Part shown: positions 39,013 to 48,537 of the stretch, in pieces
How the letters are laid out: each line of letters begins with the position of its first letter
Numbering within the stretch: position 1 is the stretch's first letter
NCBI GenBank assembly: GCA_963770565.1
Contig: CAVYQE010000002.1
Span: 96,001 to 160,000, forward strand
Length of the DNA: 64,000 bases
Reading direction: 5' to 3'
DNA from: an uncultured Actinomycetota bacterium
Lineage (GTDB): Bacteria > Actinomycetota > Actinomycetes > JAFAQI01
The notes under the pieces: model-generated
Told to the model about the DNA's origin: nothing
Databases searched by the model: none
The model's input: the letters and a program-made list of their open reading frames with translations, nothing else
Made by a program: the position numbers and the translations under genes

Positions 39013-40407
39013 GTGAGACGTCAATCGGTTGTCGTGGTTGTTGCGTCCGGTTTGGCCGTGGGGGCCGGTCTCGCGGTTGCGCCTATGGCACAGGCCTCCG
39101 GCGGCGCTACGAGGCTGCCGCACTACGTGACGAACGAACTCGTGTCGAGCAAGTCGAGGCCTAGCGGTTACCTGGGAGCTGACGTAGCCATCTCCGGCAG
39201 GACCGTGGTGGTGGATGCCTACGGAACGCGGGTTCACGGGCACCCCGACGCAGGGGCGGTCTACGTCTACATCCGTTCCAAGTCGGGCAAGGGCAGGCTG
39301 ACCCAGCGGGCCGTGATCTCCACACCAGGGGTAGGGGCCGACGAGGACGTCGGCCCGGTCGCCGTGTCGGGAGACACCATCGTCGTCGGAGCACCGTCTG
39401 CCACGGTCGGCGCAACGAGCGAGGCCGGCGCGGCGTACGTGTTCGAGAAGCCGGCATCGGGATGGAGGAGCACCTCGCATCCGACCGCGACGCTTTCGCT
39501 CGGAACTGCCGTCATCGGAGCACATGTCGGGGCGAGCGTCGCGATCAGCGGAAGCACGATCGTCGTCGGCGCACCGGACCAGACGATCGGTGCCAACACC
39601 AACCAGGGTGCCGTTCTCGCGTACACCAAACCAGCCCACGGATGGGTGAACTCCAGCACACCGGCCGTGCTGACCTCGGCTTCCGGGAAGGGAGACGACT
39701 ATCTCGGAGAGTCGGTGGCGATCGCCGGCGGCACCGTCGTCGGAGGCGCCCCTGGCCGCGAGATCGGCGGACAGAACGACACCGGCATGGCGGACGTGTT
39801 CGTCAAGCCGCATAGCGGTGGCTGGGCGACGAAAACCGACACTCGGGAGCTCGCTCCAAAGACCGCCGTCGCCGACCTGAACTTCGGTACGGCGGTCGCG
39901 GTCTCGGGTAGGCACGCCGCCGTGGCCGCCGAGGGTCGCGCTGACCCTTCCAGCCTCGTCCGTCCCGCAGTCTTCGAGTTCAACGAGCCCACCGCCGGCT
40001 GGGGTACGGGAGTCGGCCCACCGCTGCATCCGAGAGCGAAGCTCACCGCGTCCCATGGAGGGCCCTATGACTCGTTCGGGCAGTCGATCGCGATCTCGAG
40101 TTCCATGATCGTTGCCGGAGCGCCGGATGCCTCGCTCGATCGCAAGTACGAATCCGGGGCGGTGTATCTGTTCGACAAGCCCAAGAAGGGCTGGCGCAAC
40201 GCCACGCAGTCCGGCCAGTTCATAGCGGCGAACACCGAGCGATGGGACTCGTTCGGCTACTCCGTGGCGTTGAGCGGCACGACGATCGTGGCCGGCGCGC
40301 CGTACTCGGACTTCACCGGAGTTCACAACTCCAACGACCGCGGGACCGCGTACGTCTTCTCCCAGCAGTTCCAGCACCACCGGTCCAAGATCGAGCCGGC
40401 GAGATGA
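39013..40407 (+). CDS. Secreted FG-GAP (integrin-alpha-like) beta-propeller protein
   Basis: Signal peptide; repeated (F/L)GxSVAISGxTIVVGAP...GAVYVF units. Confidence 0.88.
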   Translation: MRRQSVVVVVASGLAVGAGLAVAPMAQASGGATRLPHYVTNELVSSKSRPSGYLGADVAISGRTVVVDAYGTRVHGHPDAGAVYVYIRSKSGKGRLTQRAVISTPGVGADEDVGPVAVSGDTIVVGAPSATVGATSEAGAAYVFEKPASGWRSTSHPTATLSLGTAVIGAHVGASVAISGSTIVVGAPDQTIGANTNQGAVLAYTKPAHGWVNSSTPAVLTSASGKGDDYLGESVAIAGGTVVGGAPGREIGGQNDTGMADVFVKPHSGGWATKTDTRELAPKTAVADLNFGTAVAVSGRHAAVAAEGRADPSSLVRPAVFEFNEPTAGWGTGVGPPLHPRAKLTASHGGPYDSFGQSIAISSSMIVAGAPDASLDRKYESGAVYLFDKPKKGWRNATQSGQFIAANTERWDSFGYSVALSGTTIVAGAPYSDFTGVHNSNDRGTAYVFSQQFQHHRSKIEPAR

Positions 40408-42062
40408 CCAGCAGCGCGCGAGCGGTCTCGAGCCGCTTGATCACCTCGTCCGCGATCGCGATCGTCGCCTGCGCCGCCGCGCTGCTACCAGCCTCGACCG
40501 CCACGGCGGGTGGGCACGTCGGAAAGACCTGGGCCGAGGCGACCATGCGATCCGGCGCCGCCCATCCGAGCACCGATCTCGGCTATCCGGTCGCGATCTC
40601 CGGCAACACGATGGTGGTCGGCGCAGCGGGCACCGTCGTCGGGCCCGACGGTGGCGGTCAGGGCGCGGTCTACGTCTACACCAGGCCGAAGTCAGGCGTG
40701 TGGGCCGACGCGACGCCGACGGCAGTGCTGACGGTTGCCGGCTCGCCACCGAGCGAGGAAGCCGACGGTCTCGGCACCGGCGTTGCGATCGAGGGCAACA
40801 CGATCGTTGCCGGGGATAGCGCAGCCGGCAAGGATCAGGCCGGCGCTGTCTACATCTTCAACAAGCCACGGCACGGATGGCGCACCACCTCCCATCCGTC
40901 CGCCGTGCTGACGGCGAGCTCAACCAGCGACATCGGTGTGTTGGGCGGGTCGGTTGCGATTCATGGCGCCACCATCGTCGCCTCAGCGTTGTCCGGGGAC
41001 TACCCGGCGGCAGTGGTGTTCACCCGGCCGGCCTCCGGATGGGCGGACGAACATGAGACCGCCGACCTGGTCAACAGCACAGCCACGGGCTTCGATGCTC
41101 TCCTGCCGGTCGGGGTGTCAGCCGACACGATTGTGGTCGGCGGCCTGTTCGATGAGGAGGCGTGGGTGTTCGCGAAGCCGCCAACCGGGTGGGCGACGAC
41201 GACGACCCCGACTCAGGAACTTACCGAGAGCCACGCCGGCGATGTCCCACCGGACGGCTTCGGTTACACGGTCGCCGTGGACGGCTCGACGGTGGCGGTC
41301 GGCGCCCCCGGCGACCTGTTCTTCGACCAGCCACCGAGCAAGGGCGCGGTCTACCTCTACACGGAGCCGGCCGGCGGATGGGGGTCAGTGGCATCTCCGA
41401 TGTACGACACTCTGAAACTGCAATCGACGCATGAGCCCAAGGGCGACTCTTTCGGCGGCAGCGTCGCGCTCTCGGGACCGAGGCTCGCCGTCGGCGCCCC
41501 GACTCATGTCCTGGGACAGCATGACTCGGCCGGTGAGGGGTACGTCTTCCACACCATCGACAACTGGGCTCACGGCAAGCAGGTCGTCTCTCTGCCGGAT
41601 CCGAACGGTGGCCCGTACGACGAGCTCGGATGGTCGACCGCCATCAGCGGATCCTCGGTGGTGTTCGGTGCCGAATACGCCTACAAGTCCGCGGGTGCCG
41701 CCGATGTCTACACGGCCATGGCGAAGCCGACATTGTCGAAGCTGTCGCAGTCGCACCATTCCTGGCGGCTCGGGACCCGCAAGCCGTCGGTAAACCCAAG
41801 GCACGCCCCCAAGGGAGGGACCCAGTTCACCTTCCGGCTCAACGAGCCGGCCACCGTGACGCTGACGTTCACCTCCTCGGGCGCCAAAGCCCTGAGGTTG
41901 AGAGTCGCCGCCAGGACCGGCCTGAACAACGTGTACGTCGATGGACCGATCACCAAGCACAGCGGGTTGCTTCCCGGTCACTACACGGTGACGGCGCGGG
42001 CCAAGAACGCGGCGAGCGCGAAGTCATCATCGGAGAAGCTGCACTTCGTCGACGCTGACTAG
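40404..42062 (+). CDS. Secreted FG-GAP beta-propeller protein with a C-terminal beta-sandwich domain
   Basis: ATGA overlap with the paralog; signal peptide; FG-GAP repeats; FTFRLNEPATVTLTF...LPGHYTVTARA tail. Confidence 0.88.
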   Translation: MTSSARAVSSRLITSSAIAIVACAAALLPASTATAGGHVGKTWAEATMRSGAAHPSTDLGYPVAISGNTMVVGAAGTVVGPDGGGQGAVYVYTRPKSGVWADATPTAVLTVAGSPPSEEADGLGTGVAIEGNTIVAGDSAAGKDQAGAVYIFNKPRHGWRTTSHPSAVLTASSTSDIGVLGGSVAIHGATIVASALSGDYPAAVVFTRPASGWADEHETADLVNSTATGFDALLPVGVSADTIVVGGLFDEEAWVFAKPPTGWATTTTPTQELTESHAGDVPPDGFGYTVAVDGSTVAVGAPGDLFFDQPPSKGAVYLYTEPAGGWGSVASPMYDTLKLQSTHEPKGDSFGGSVALSGPRLAVGAPTHVLGQHDSAGEGYVFHTIDNWAHGKQVVSLPDPNGGPYDELGWSTAISGSSVVFGAEYAYKSAGAADVYTAMAKPTLSKLSQSHHSWRLGTRKPSVNPRHAPKGGTQFTFRLNEPATVTLTFTSSGAKALRLRVAARTGLNNVYVDGPITKHSGLLPGHYTVTARAKNAASAKSSSEKLHFVDAD

Positions 42063-42069
42063 CACTCCG

Positions 42070-43128
42070 CTATTCGTGTGCGCGAATCGTTGGAATCGAG
42101 ACGTCGACGCGCAACCCGCCGGGTAGCCCGGTGCGCGCCGATACCGCACCGTCGTGAGCCGCACAGATCGACCGAACGATGGTGAGTCCCAAGCCAGCGC
42201 CGCCGCCGTGGTGGGTTCGGTCGGCGGCGCCGCGCCGGAACGGCTCGAAAAGCCCGTCGACGGCCTCCGCAGGGATCTGCGGACCGGTGTTCTCGATGAC
42301 GAGGTGGCCGGTATCGGTCACGGTCACGCGTACGTCGCCTCCCTCGACGTTGTAGACGATGGCGTTGCGGACCAGATTGGTCACGAGCCGCTCGAGCAAC
42401 ACCTCTTCGCCAGCGATGACGCACTCGGTCAACTCGCAGGTCAAGGTGATGGTTGACAGCGCCGCCAAGTCACGGTGCGCATCCACGACGTGAGCTGCGA
42501 TCAGGTCAAATCGCTGCGGAGTGCGCGATACCAGTCCGCGGTCGCTCTCGCTGAGCACGAGCAGTCCCTCGATGAGTCGCTCATTGCGTTCGTTGGTCGC
42601 CAGCAGCTGCTCAGCCAGCAGCGCGACCTGGCTGGGCGATCGGGCACCCGACATGCTGACCTCGATCAAGGTCCGCTGGACCGCGAGTGGCGTCCGCAAC
42701 TCGTGTGAGGCGTTCGCCGCGAAGCTGCGCTGTCCTTCGTAGCCGGAGGCGAGCCGGTCCATCATCTCGTTCACCGCGACGGTGAGCCGAGTGGTCTCAT
42801 CACGACGTGAGCCGATCGGGGCGCGCTCGGCGAGGCTCTGCGGTCCGAACCGGCGCACCATGTCGGTCAGCGCGCCGATCGGTTGCAGTGACCAGATCGC
42901 CAGCGAGACACACAGAGCCACCAGCACCAGCCCAACGATCAGAGCGAGGATCACCTCAGCCAGCGAGCGGTGGTGGGTGCCGAAGTTACAGGTGTGCGTC
43001 ACACGCACGATTGCAGACTGACAGCCGAGCGAGCTAATGCACCAACGGAAGACGCCGAACGCCGCCAGGCCGACCACGGCCATAGCCAGACAGGACAACT
43101 CGACCCTGACCCGGGGTGTCAGGCGCAT
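42070..43128 (-). CDS. Sensor histidine kinase, CutS/VanS-like
   Basis: FAANASHELRTP, NLVRNAIVYN, ENTGP, GAGLGLTIV; CxxxxxxxxxC in the short extracellular loop. Confidence 0.92.
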   Translation of the reverse strand: MRLTPRVRVELSCLAMAVVGLAAFGVFRWCISSLGCQSAIVRVTHTCNFGTHHRSLAEVILALIVGLVLVALCVSLAIWSLQPIGALTDMVRRFGPQSLAERAPIGSRRDETTRLTVAVNEMMDRLASGYEGQRSFAANASHELRTPLAVQRTLIEVSMSGARSPSQVALLAEQLLATNERNERLIEGLLVLSESDRGLVSRTPQRFDLIAAHVVDAHRDLAALSTITLTCELTECVIAGEEVLLERLVTNLVRNAIVYNVEGGDVRVTVTDTGHLVIENTGPQIPAEAVDGLFEPFRRGAADRTHHGGGAGLGLTIVRSICAAHDGAVSARTGLPGGLRVDVSIPTIRAHE

Positions 43129-43132
43129 CAGA

Positions 43133-43792
43133 TCAGCGACTAATCCGATAACCGGCGCGTGGCACAGTCTCAATCACCGGCGGCTCGCCAAGCTTGCGGC
43201 GCAACGTCATCATCGCGACCCGCACCGCGTTCGTGAACGGGTCGGCGTTCTCGTCCCAGGCCTGCTCGAGGAGGTCCTCGGCGCTGACGATCTGACCGTC
43301 GGCCCGCAGCATCACCTCCAGGACTGCAAACTCTTTCGGGGTGAGGTCGAGTGGCCGGCCGTCGCGGCTGGCGAAGTGCCGCGCCGGATCGAGCAGCACA
43401 CCCGCCTGCTCGAGCACCGGGCGGACCGCGGGCCGAGATCGGCGGCCGAGCGCCTGCACGCGCGCCACCAGCTCGGCGAAGGCGAACGGCTTCGTGAGGT
43501 AGTCGTCCGCGCCGATGCTCAGACCGTCGACCCGGTCGCGGATCCCGCTCGCTGCGGTCAGCATCAGCACCCGCACGTTGTCAGTCGACTCTGCGATCCA
43601 CTGACAGATCTCGTCACCGTGGCGCCCTGGCATGTCGCGGTCGAGCACCGCCACGTCGTACCGATGGGTCGAGACAAGGTTCATTGCCTCCTGACCGTCG
43701 TAACAGACATCGACCGCCATCGACAGGCGCCGCAGCCCCTCCGCGATCGTGTCGGCGAGGAGTGCCTCGTCGTCGGCCACCAGTACCCGCAA
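43133..43792 (-). CDS. OmpR-family response regulator, CutR/VanR-like
   Basis: LRVLVADDE, LDRDMPGRHGD, GADDYLTKPF, WDENADPFTNAVRV. Confidence 0.93.
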   Translation of the reverse strand: MRVLVADDEALLADTIAEGLRRLSMAVDVCYDGQEAMNLVSTHRYDVAVLDRDMPGRHGDEICQWIAESTDNVRVLMLTAASGIRDRVDGLSIGADDYLTKPFAFAELVARVQALGRRSRPAVRPVLEQAGVLLDPARHFASRDGRPLDLTPKEFAVLEVMLRADGQIVSAEDLLEQAWDENADPFTNAVRVAMMTLRRKLGEPPVIETVPRAGYRISR

Positions 43793-43853
43793 CGCTGCTC
43801 CCCACGGTGTGCGATCGCGGACAAACTCGGCGTATCCAGTATGCGGCCCGCCG

Positions 43854-43869
43854 ATAAGGCCGCCATAAG
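43854..43869. promoter_or_regulatory. Direct repeat, candidate response-regulator box
   Basis: ATAAG-N6-ATAAG at 11-bp period between the divergent regulator and DD-carboxypeptidase genes. Confidence 0.45.
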
Positions 43870-43916
43870 CCGCGAGCTGACGGTGGCAATACGGGTCGCT
43901 CGCCACGATCGTGCAC

Positions 43917-44855
43917 ATGGCTCTGGCCACCCTCGATCGACCACCGCAGCCAATCCGCACCCGACGGCATCGGGGCGCTGCCGCAGTGGCCGTCCTCAGT
44001 CTGCTCTGTGCCGGCCTGCTGTGGTGGGTGGGCGGCCCCGATCGCGGCCCCACGCCGCTGCACCACCACCGTCTGGGATCGCTCACCCTCACTTGGCCGA
44101 CTGACGGCCAATCGGCGATCGAGCTGGTCGGCGCCGGGCATCACACGAGCGGTCCGGAAAGCCCCGTTCCGATCGCGAGCCTTGCGAAGGTGATGACGGC
44201 GTACGTCGTTCTGCGGGAGTCCCCACTCGGCGCCGGTCGGGCTGGGTTCACCATCACCATGACGGCGGCCGACGCCAACCAGGCACTCGCCGACAAGGAC
44301 AGCGATCAGTCGTCAGTACCGGTCGAGCCTGGTGAAACGCTCACCGAGCGCGATGCGCTCGAGGCGCTGTTGCTGCCATCGGCCAACAACATCGCGCACG
44401 CCCTCGCGGAGCACTGGCCAGGTGGCGAGGCTGCGTTCGTTCAAGCCATGAACACTGTGGCCCGGTCACTCCATATGACACAGACCCGATACACCGATCC
44501 GAGCGGCCTGGAGCCCGCTACGACGTCGACCGCCCTCGACCAGCTGCGACTCGCGCGAGCGGCGATGCGGCTGCCGACATTCGCCGCGATCGTCGCGATG
44601 CGGAACGCGGTCGTACCGATCGCCGGCTCGATCGTCAACACCGACAGCCTGCTGGGGCACGACGGGTTCGTCGGCATCAAGACCGGGTCGACGAGCGCGG
44701 CCGGCGGCTGCTTCATGTTCGAGGCACGGCAGATCCGCGCCGGTCGGGCGCGCACCGTCATTGGTGCCGTCCTCGGTCAACGCGGTGGCCCGCTGATCGA
44801 GGCGGGTCTTTCCAGCGCAGAAGACCTCGTACGCGCAGCCATGGCCCAACTTTGA
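43917..44855 (+). CDS. D-alanyl-D-alanine carboxypeptidase (peptidase S11)
   Basis: SxxK (IASLAKVMT), SxN (PSANN), KTG (GIKTGST); N-terminal TM. Confidence 0.92.
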   Translation: MALATLDRPPQPIRTRRHRGAAAVAVLSLLCAGLLWWVGGPDRGPTPLHHHRLGSLTLTWPTDGQSAIELVGAGHHTSGPESPVPIASLAKVMTAYVVLRESPLGAGRAGFTITMTAADANQALADKDSDQSSVPVEPGETLTERDALEALLLPSANNIAHALAEHWPGGEAAFVQAMNTVARSLHMTQTRYTDPSGLEPATTSTALDQLRLARAAMRLPTFAAIVAMRNAVVPIAGSIVNTDSLLGHDGFVGIKTGSTSAAGGCFMFEARQIRAGRARTVIGAVLGQRGGPLIEAGLSSAEDLVRAAMAQL

Positions 44856-44943
44856 CCCGCGCACCCATCAACGGCTGAGCGGTGAAACAAGCTGCGGTCG
44901 CCCTGGCCGGCGTACTCGCCGCGGCCCGCGGCTACGAACCCGT

Positions 44944-46131
44944 CTAGCTGCCTGCCGGGATGTCAGTCACGGAGTTGCCGCCGTTGTTCGTGACCCACAG
45001 GTGGCTGCCGTCGAAGGCGAGGCCGATCGGCACGTTGAAGCCAAACGACGCGCCGGACAAGGTGGTGATCCACCTGCCCTGGGTGTCGATCTCGGTCAGC
45101 GAGCCGCTCTCGTTGGTTACCCATAGATGGGCGCCATCGAAGGCGATCCGGGCCGGCGAACTGAAGCCGTAGGAGGCGTCGGTCAAGGTCGCCACCCAAG
45201 TGCCGGCGGTGTCGAACTCCGTCACGGAGTTGCCACTGTGGTTGGCCACCCACAGGTCCTTGCCGTCGAACGCGATCCCGTCGGAGAAGTTGAAACCGAA
45301 CGAGCCGCCCGACAGCGTCTGCACCCACGCACCGGCCGGATCGAACTCGGTCACCGAGTCGCCGGCACGGTTGGTCACCCAAAGATGAGCGCCGTCGAAC
45401 GCGATCGCGGCCGGGTTGTTGAAGGCGTACGAGCCTCCAGACAGAGTCTGCACCCACGCACCGTTCGTCCCGATCTCCGTCACGGAGTCGGCGCCGAGGT
45501 TCGTCACCCAGACATGCGAGCCGTCGAACGCGATCGCGAACGGGTCGGCAAAGCCATAGGACCCACCGGAGATCGTCCGAACCCACGCACCGTTGGTGCC
45601 GAACTCGGTCACCGAGTCGCCGGTTGTGTTGGTGACCCACAAGTGGACGCCGTCGAAGGCAATGCCATCCGGCCCGTCGAACCCGTAGGAACCCCCGGAG
45701 ATCGTCCGCACCCACGCGCCGTTGGTGCCGAACTCGGTCACCGAGTTGCCGACCACGTTCGCCACCCACAGATGCGTCCCGTCGAAGGCGATCCCGCCGG
45801 GCTCGTCGAAGCCGTACGAGCCACCTGAATGCACCCCGCCCCACCAGTCCAGCAGCGCCACCCGCGAAGGGTCAGGATGTGGCACCAGCCCGGCCGGACC
45901 GCGCGGGCCGGACTTGCCGGGCACGCCTTTCGGGCCACGGGCGCCGATCAACACCCGGACCGTGCCGCGCGGACACTTCCCGTGCCGCTGCAACGACAAC
46001 ACCCGCTTCGCGCTCGCGCACGCGTGGTACGACGACGAACCGCTCGCGGTCGCCGCTACCGAGACGCCGGCAGCCGCCACGGCTATCGCGCCGACTGCAA
46101 GCCCGCACCCGATCAACCTCGACCGACCCAT
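44944..46131 (-). CDS. Secreted protein: short collagen-like linker plus 7-bladed NHL/YVTN-like propeller
   Basis: Signal peptide; GARGPKGVPGKSGPRGPAG; seven ~43-aa repeats GFxxPxxIAFDGxHLWVxN...SVTEF (129-bp DNA period). Confidence 0.88.
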   Translation of the reverse strand: MGRSRLIGCGLAVGAIAVAAAGVSVAATASGSSSYHACASAKRVLSLQRHGKCPRGTVRVLIGARGPKGVPGKSGPRGPAGLVPHPDPSRVALLDWWGGVHSGGSYGFDEPGGIAFDGTHLWVANVVGNSVTEFGTNGAWVRTISGGSYGFDGPDGIAFDGVHLWVTNTTGDSVTEFGTNGAWVRTISGGSYGFADPFAIAFDGSHVWVTNLGADSVTEIGTNGAWVQTLSGGSYAFNNPAAIAFDGAHLWVTNRAGDSVTEFDPAGAWVQTLSGGSFGFNFSDGIAFDGKDLWVANHSGNSVTEFDTAGTWVATLTDASYGFSSPARIAFDGAHLWVTNESGSLTEIDTQGRWITTLSGASFGFNVPIGLAFDGSHLWVTNNGGNSVTDIPAGS

Positions 46132-46302
46132 CACGGTCTCCCTCCGTGAGAGGCGGCTTCGCGCCGTGCCCACGGCATCCGACGTCCGCCTCACTGGATC
46201 GTCGCACCTGAGGCCGCGCAGTGGGCGTTCCCCGCCGGGCGCGACTTGCGCGGCGACCTGGCGCGCGCCAGATCCGGAAGCCGAGGGCCGAGAACCGCTC
46301 GC

Positions 46303-46415
46303 GGGTTATCTGGAACGGGTTGGGATTGGCAGGGATCTATCCCGAAATGGGTCAGGGCCATGATCGTTGATCATGGCCCTGACCTAGGGTTTTGCCTCAG
46401 TGGCGAAGGTGGGAT
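46303..46415. mobile_element. att-module copy J1, left part: arm A, terminator hairpin and degenerate tRNA 3' end
   Basis: Collinear with 59579-59690; reverse strand reads ATCCCACCTTCGCCAC versus ATCCTACCCCCGCCAC at J3. Confidence 0.8.
46350..46384. terminator. 16-bp perfect stem-loop
   Basis: GGTCAGGGCCATGATC-GTT-GATCATGGCCCTGACC; same hairpin at 59628-59656. Confidence 0.8.
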
Positions 46416-46420
46416 GCGGG

Positions 46421-46585
46421 TCAGGAACTTGCGCTGCCCTCAGAGTCGGCCGCCTCGGAGGACGTGTCCGATTCAGCCGCCTCGCTTGACTCGGCTGAGT
46501 CCTTCGCGTCCGTTTCCGGACTGTCATCCTCGGTCTCGAATGGGTCCTCTTCAATGGCATTCGGATTTGAGATGCCTTCGGGCAT
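46421..46585 (-). CDS. 54-aa highly acidic Ser/Glu/Asp-rich peptide
   Basis: AAAGGAG RBS 7 nt before ATG; MPEGISNPNAIEEDPFETEDDSPETDAKDSAESSEAAESD... Confidence 0.55.
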   Translation of the reverse strand: MPEGISNPNAIEEDPFETEDDSPETDAKDSAESSEAAESDTSSEAADSEGSASS

Positions 46586-46704
46586 GTTCGGTCTCCTTTG
46601 AGTTTCTCGACGGGTGGCGCAACTGCGTTCCGCGGGTTTGATCATCATGTGCCGCGGCGACGCCGGTGACAAGGATCGGTTTGACGGCGCGGTCTGGACG
46701 GGCT

Positions 46705-46785
46705 GTCTTCCCTTTGCTATCAACAGAATCCCGGCCCCGACCGGCACTGCCGGCAGGGCGTGGATGTCCGCCACTTAGAGGCAGG
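46705..46785. mobile_element. att-module copy J1, right part: diverged arm B
   Basis: TCTTCCCTTTGCTATCAAC...GTGGATGTCCGCCACTTAGAGG aligns by eye with TTTTCCGTGTGTTAGCAAC...GTGGAGGTCCACCATTTAGGGG (59767-59843). Confidence 0.55.
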
Positions 46786-46849
46786 TCAGGGGTGGATCCT
46801 GCTCCGAGATCCGAGACCGGCGTTCTGCGTTGGCTTTGCGTTCGGTGGG

Positions 46850-47931
46850 TTCGGCTGCTCGGGAGGGCTAGCCGAAGCAATGTGCCGCGTGTTGTCTTGG
46901 CCCAAAGCGCTCCGGGGGTGGCCGCGACGATGGCTCCTGTTCCTCGCAGCGAGTGGAGCGGCTGGATGCTGTGGTGGGGTGCGATGCGGAGCAGTCGTCC
47001 GTGAGTGAAGTCGCTGACGTAGGCGGCGCCCTGGTCGTAGGCGATTGTGTCGTCAGCGCCGGCGAACTGCCAGGTTTGCAGGTTCGCTGGGTCCGAGGGT
47101 TGATCGCTATGACGACACTGATGTTGCGCCAGCCGATGTAGGAAGGAGCCGCGACGGGCCCGGAGGCGTACGCCCAGATCAGGCCGCCGCCGCCGGCGAG
47201 CTGGGAGACGTCGAGCTGCCCGCCGCTGCAACGGAAACCGGCCGAACGTGCACTCTGTCGGCGCCGGGAGCGGCGAAGCCGACACCGTCGAGGTCTTCAG
47301 CCACCCAGGTGCCGGATGGCCCCACGATGGTTGTGTTGTTCTCACTCGGGGTTGGCAGCATCGCCACCAGCCGCGAGGTTCGCTGGTCGACCTGCGCGAT
47401 CAAGCCGGCGGGTGAGGACACCCACACGCTCCCCGCCCCCACACTGACGCTGCTGGGATCGAACCGACGGTCGTGCCGGCTGACCCGGACCGGCAGGACG
47501 AGCCGCGTCGTCGTAACGGTTCGCCCGTCTTGCGGGTCGACCCGTGTGAGCGTTTCCGAGAAGGGGTGGGCGAGCCAGATCGCTTCCCCGCCGACGGCCA
47601 GCGACCCGGCGTCGAGGACGGGGAATCGCTTGATGACCAGGCCGGTGCGATCCGCGACCTCGGAGAGCTGCCCGACCATAGGCTGCTCGCCCGTGCAGTC
47701 CCGCACGCAGGACAGCACTCACAACGATCCGGGTGCTGCCGCCGCCGCGATCGTCGCGCCAGCGAGGCTGAGAGGTGTGGTGGTGGTACCGCCTTGCGTT
47801 GGCTGTCCCGACTGGGTCCCGCCGGGGTTGCCGCTCAGCGACCAACCCAGAGCGGCCGCGGCGATCGCTACCAGCGCGATCCCGACGCGGAGGTGGCGGC
47901 GATGCTGACGGCGACGGGCATCCTTGATCAC
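46850..47931 (-). pseudogene. Frameshifted membrane-anchored beta-propeller protein (boundaries approximate)
   Basis: Three consecutive frames: TM anchor (47719-47931), YVTN-like blades LAVGGEAIWL..TRVDP, VSVGAGSVWV (47179-47718), and IAYDQGAAYVSD...GALWA (below ~47180). Confidence 0.6.
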
Positions 47932-47986
47932 CGCCTACCACGGGGCGTCCCACCAGCGACCCGGGTGGACAACTGTCGTGCCTATA

Positions 47987-48005
47987 GAGCTATTGTTACT
48001 AGCAC
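47987..48005. promoter_or_regulatory. YtrA/GntR-type operator
   Basis: GAGCTA-N7-TAGCAC immediately before the gntR ATG. Confidence 0.55.
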
Positions 48006-48006
48006 T

Positions 48007-48354
48007 ATGTTCGGGGTCAAAATTGACCGGACCGGTCCGACCCTGCTGCATGATCAGGTCGCCGCACAGATCCGCCGCGCGATCGCAGAGGGCGAGGCCG
48101 CTCCCGGTGAACGCCTGCCGCCGGCTCGCGACCTCGCGGCCGTTCTCGGGGTGAACACGAACACCGTGCTTCGTGCCTTACGCCTGCTCCGTGACGAGGG
48201 AACCCTAGAGTTCCGACGTGGTCGAGGCATCACCGTCGCCGGCACACCCGACACCAGCACCGTACTCATCAAGGCACGGGAGCTCATCGCTCTAGCGGCC
48301 CACCGCGGCTACCAACGCGACGACCTGATCCGGCTCATCGAGAGCCTGCCCTAG
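48007..48354 (+). CDS. GntR family regulator (YtrA subfamily)
   Basis: LHDQVAAQIRRAIAEG...GERLPPARDLAAVLGVNTNTVLRALRLLRDEG..EFRRGRG. Confidence 0.92.
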   Translation: MFGVKIDRTGPTLLHDQVAAQIRRAIAEGEAAPGERLPPARDLAAVLGVNTNTVLRALRLLRDEGTLEFRRGRGITVAGTPDTSTVLIKARELIALAAHRGYQRDDLIRLIESLP

Positions 48355-48537
48355 CAGCCTCGACCACCCGCCGAGCCCACCCAACAACTCGAACTGGATT
48401 CGCGGACTGAGCGCTGGCGCCCCCGGGGGCGTGACTCGGCCATTTGACCGCGACATCGTTGGAGGCCGGCATGCGTCGCGTCTTGCGCTGCCTTCAGGTC
48501 GGTGGGATGACGCTCGCGCGGCTGGAAAGGGGTCAGC

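Noticed and set aside
42070-44855. Vancomycin resistance cluster
   Set aside because: No vanH/vanA/vanX, and the peptidase is a serine S11 enzyme rather than a VanY metallopeptidase.
44944-45830. DGR template/variable repeats
   Set aside because: Repeats are in-frame protein blades, differences are not adenine-specific, and no reverse transcriptase is present.
48506-48532. Fifth copy of the integrase leader (GATGACGCTC...TGGAAAGG)
   Set aside because: Only two short words match 59857-59878 with altered spacing; cannot be told from chance without an alignment statistic.
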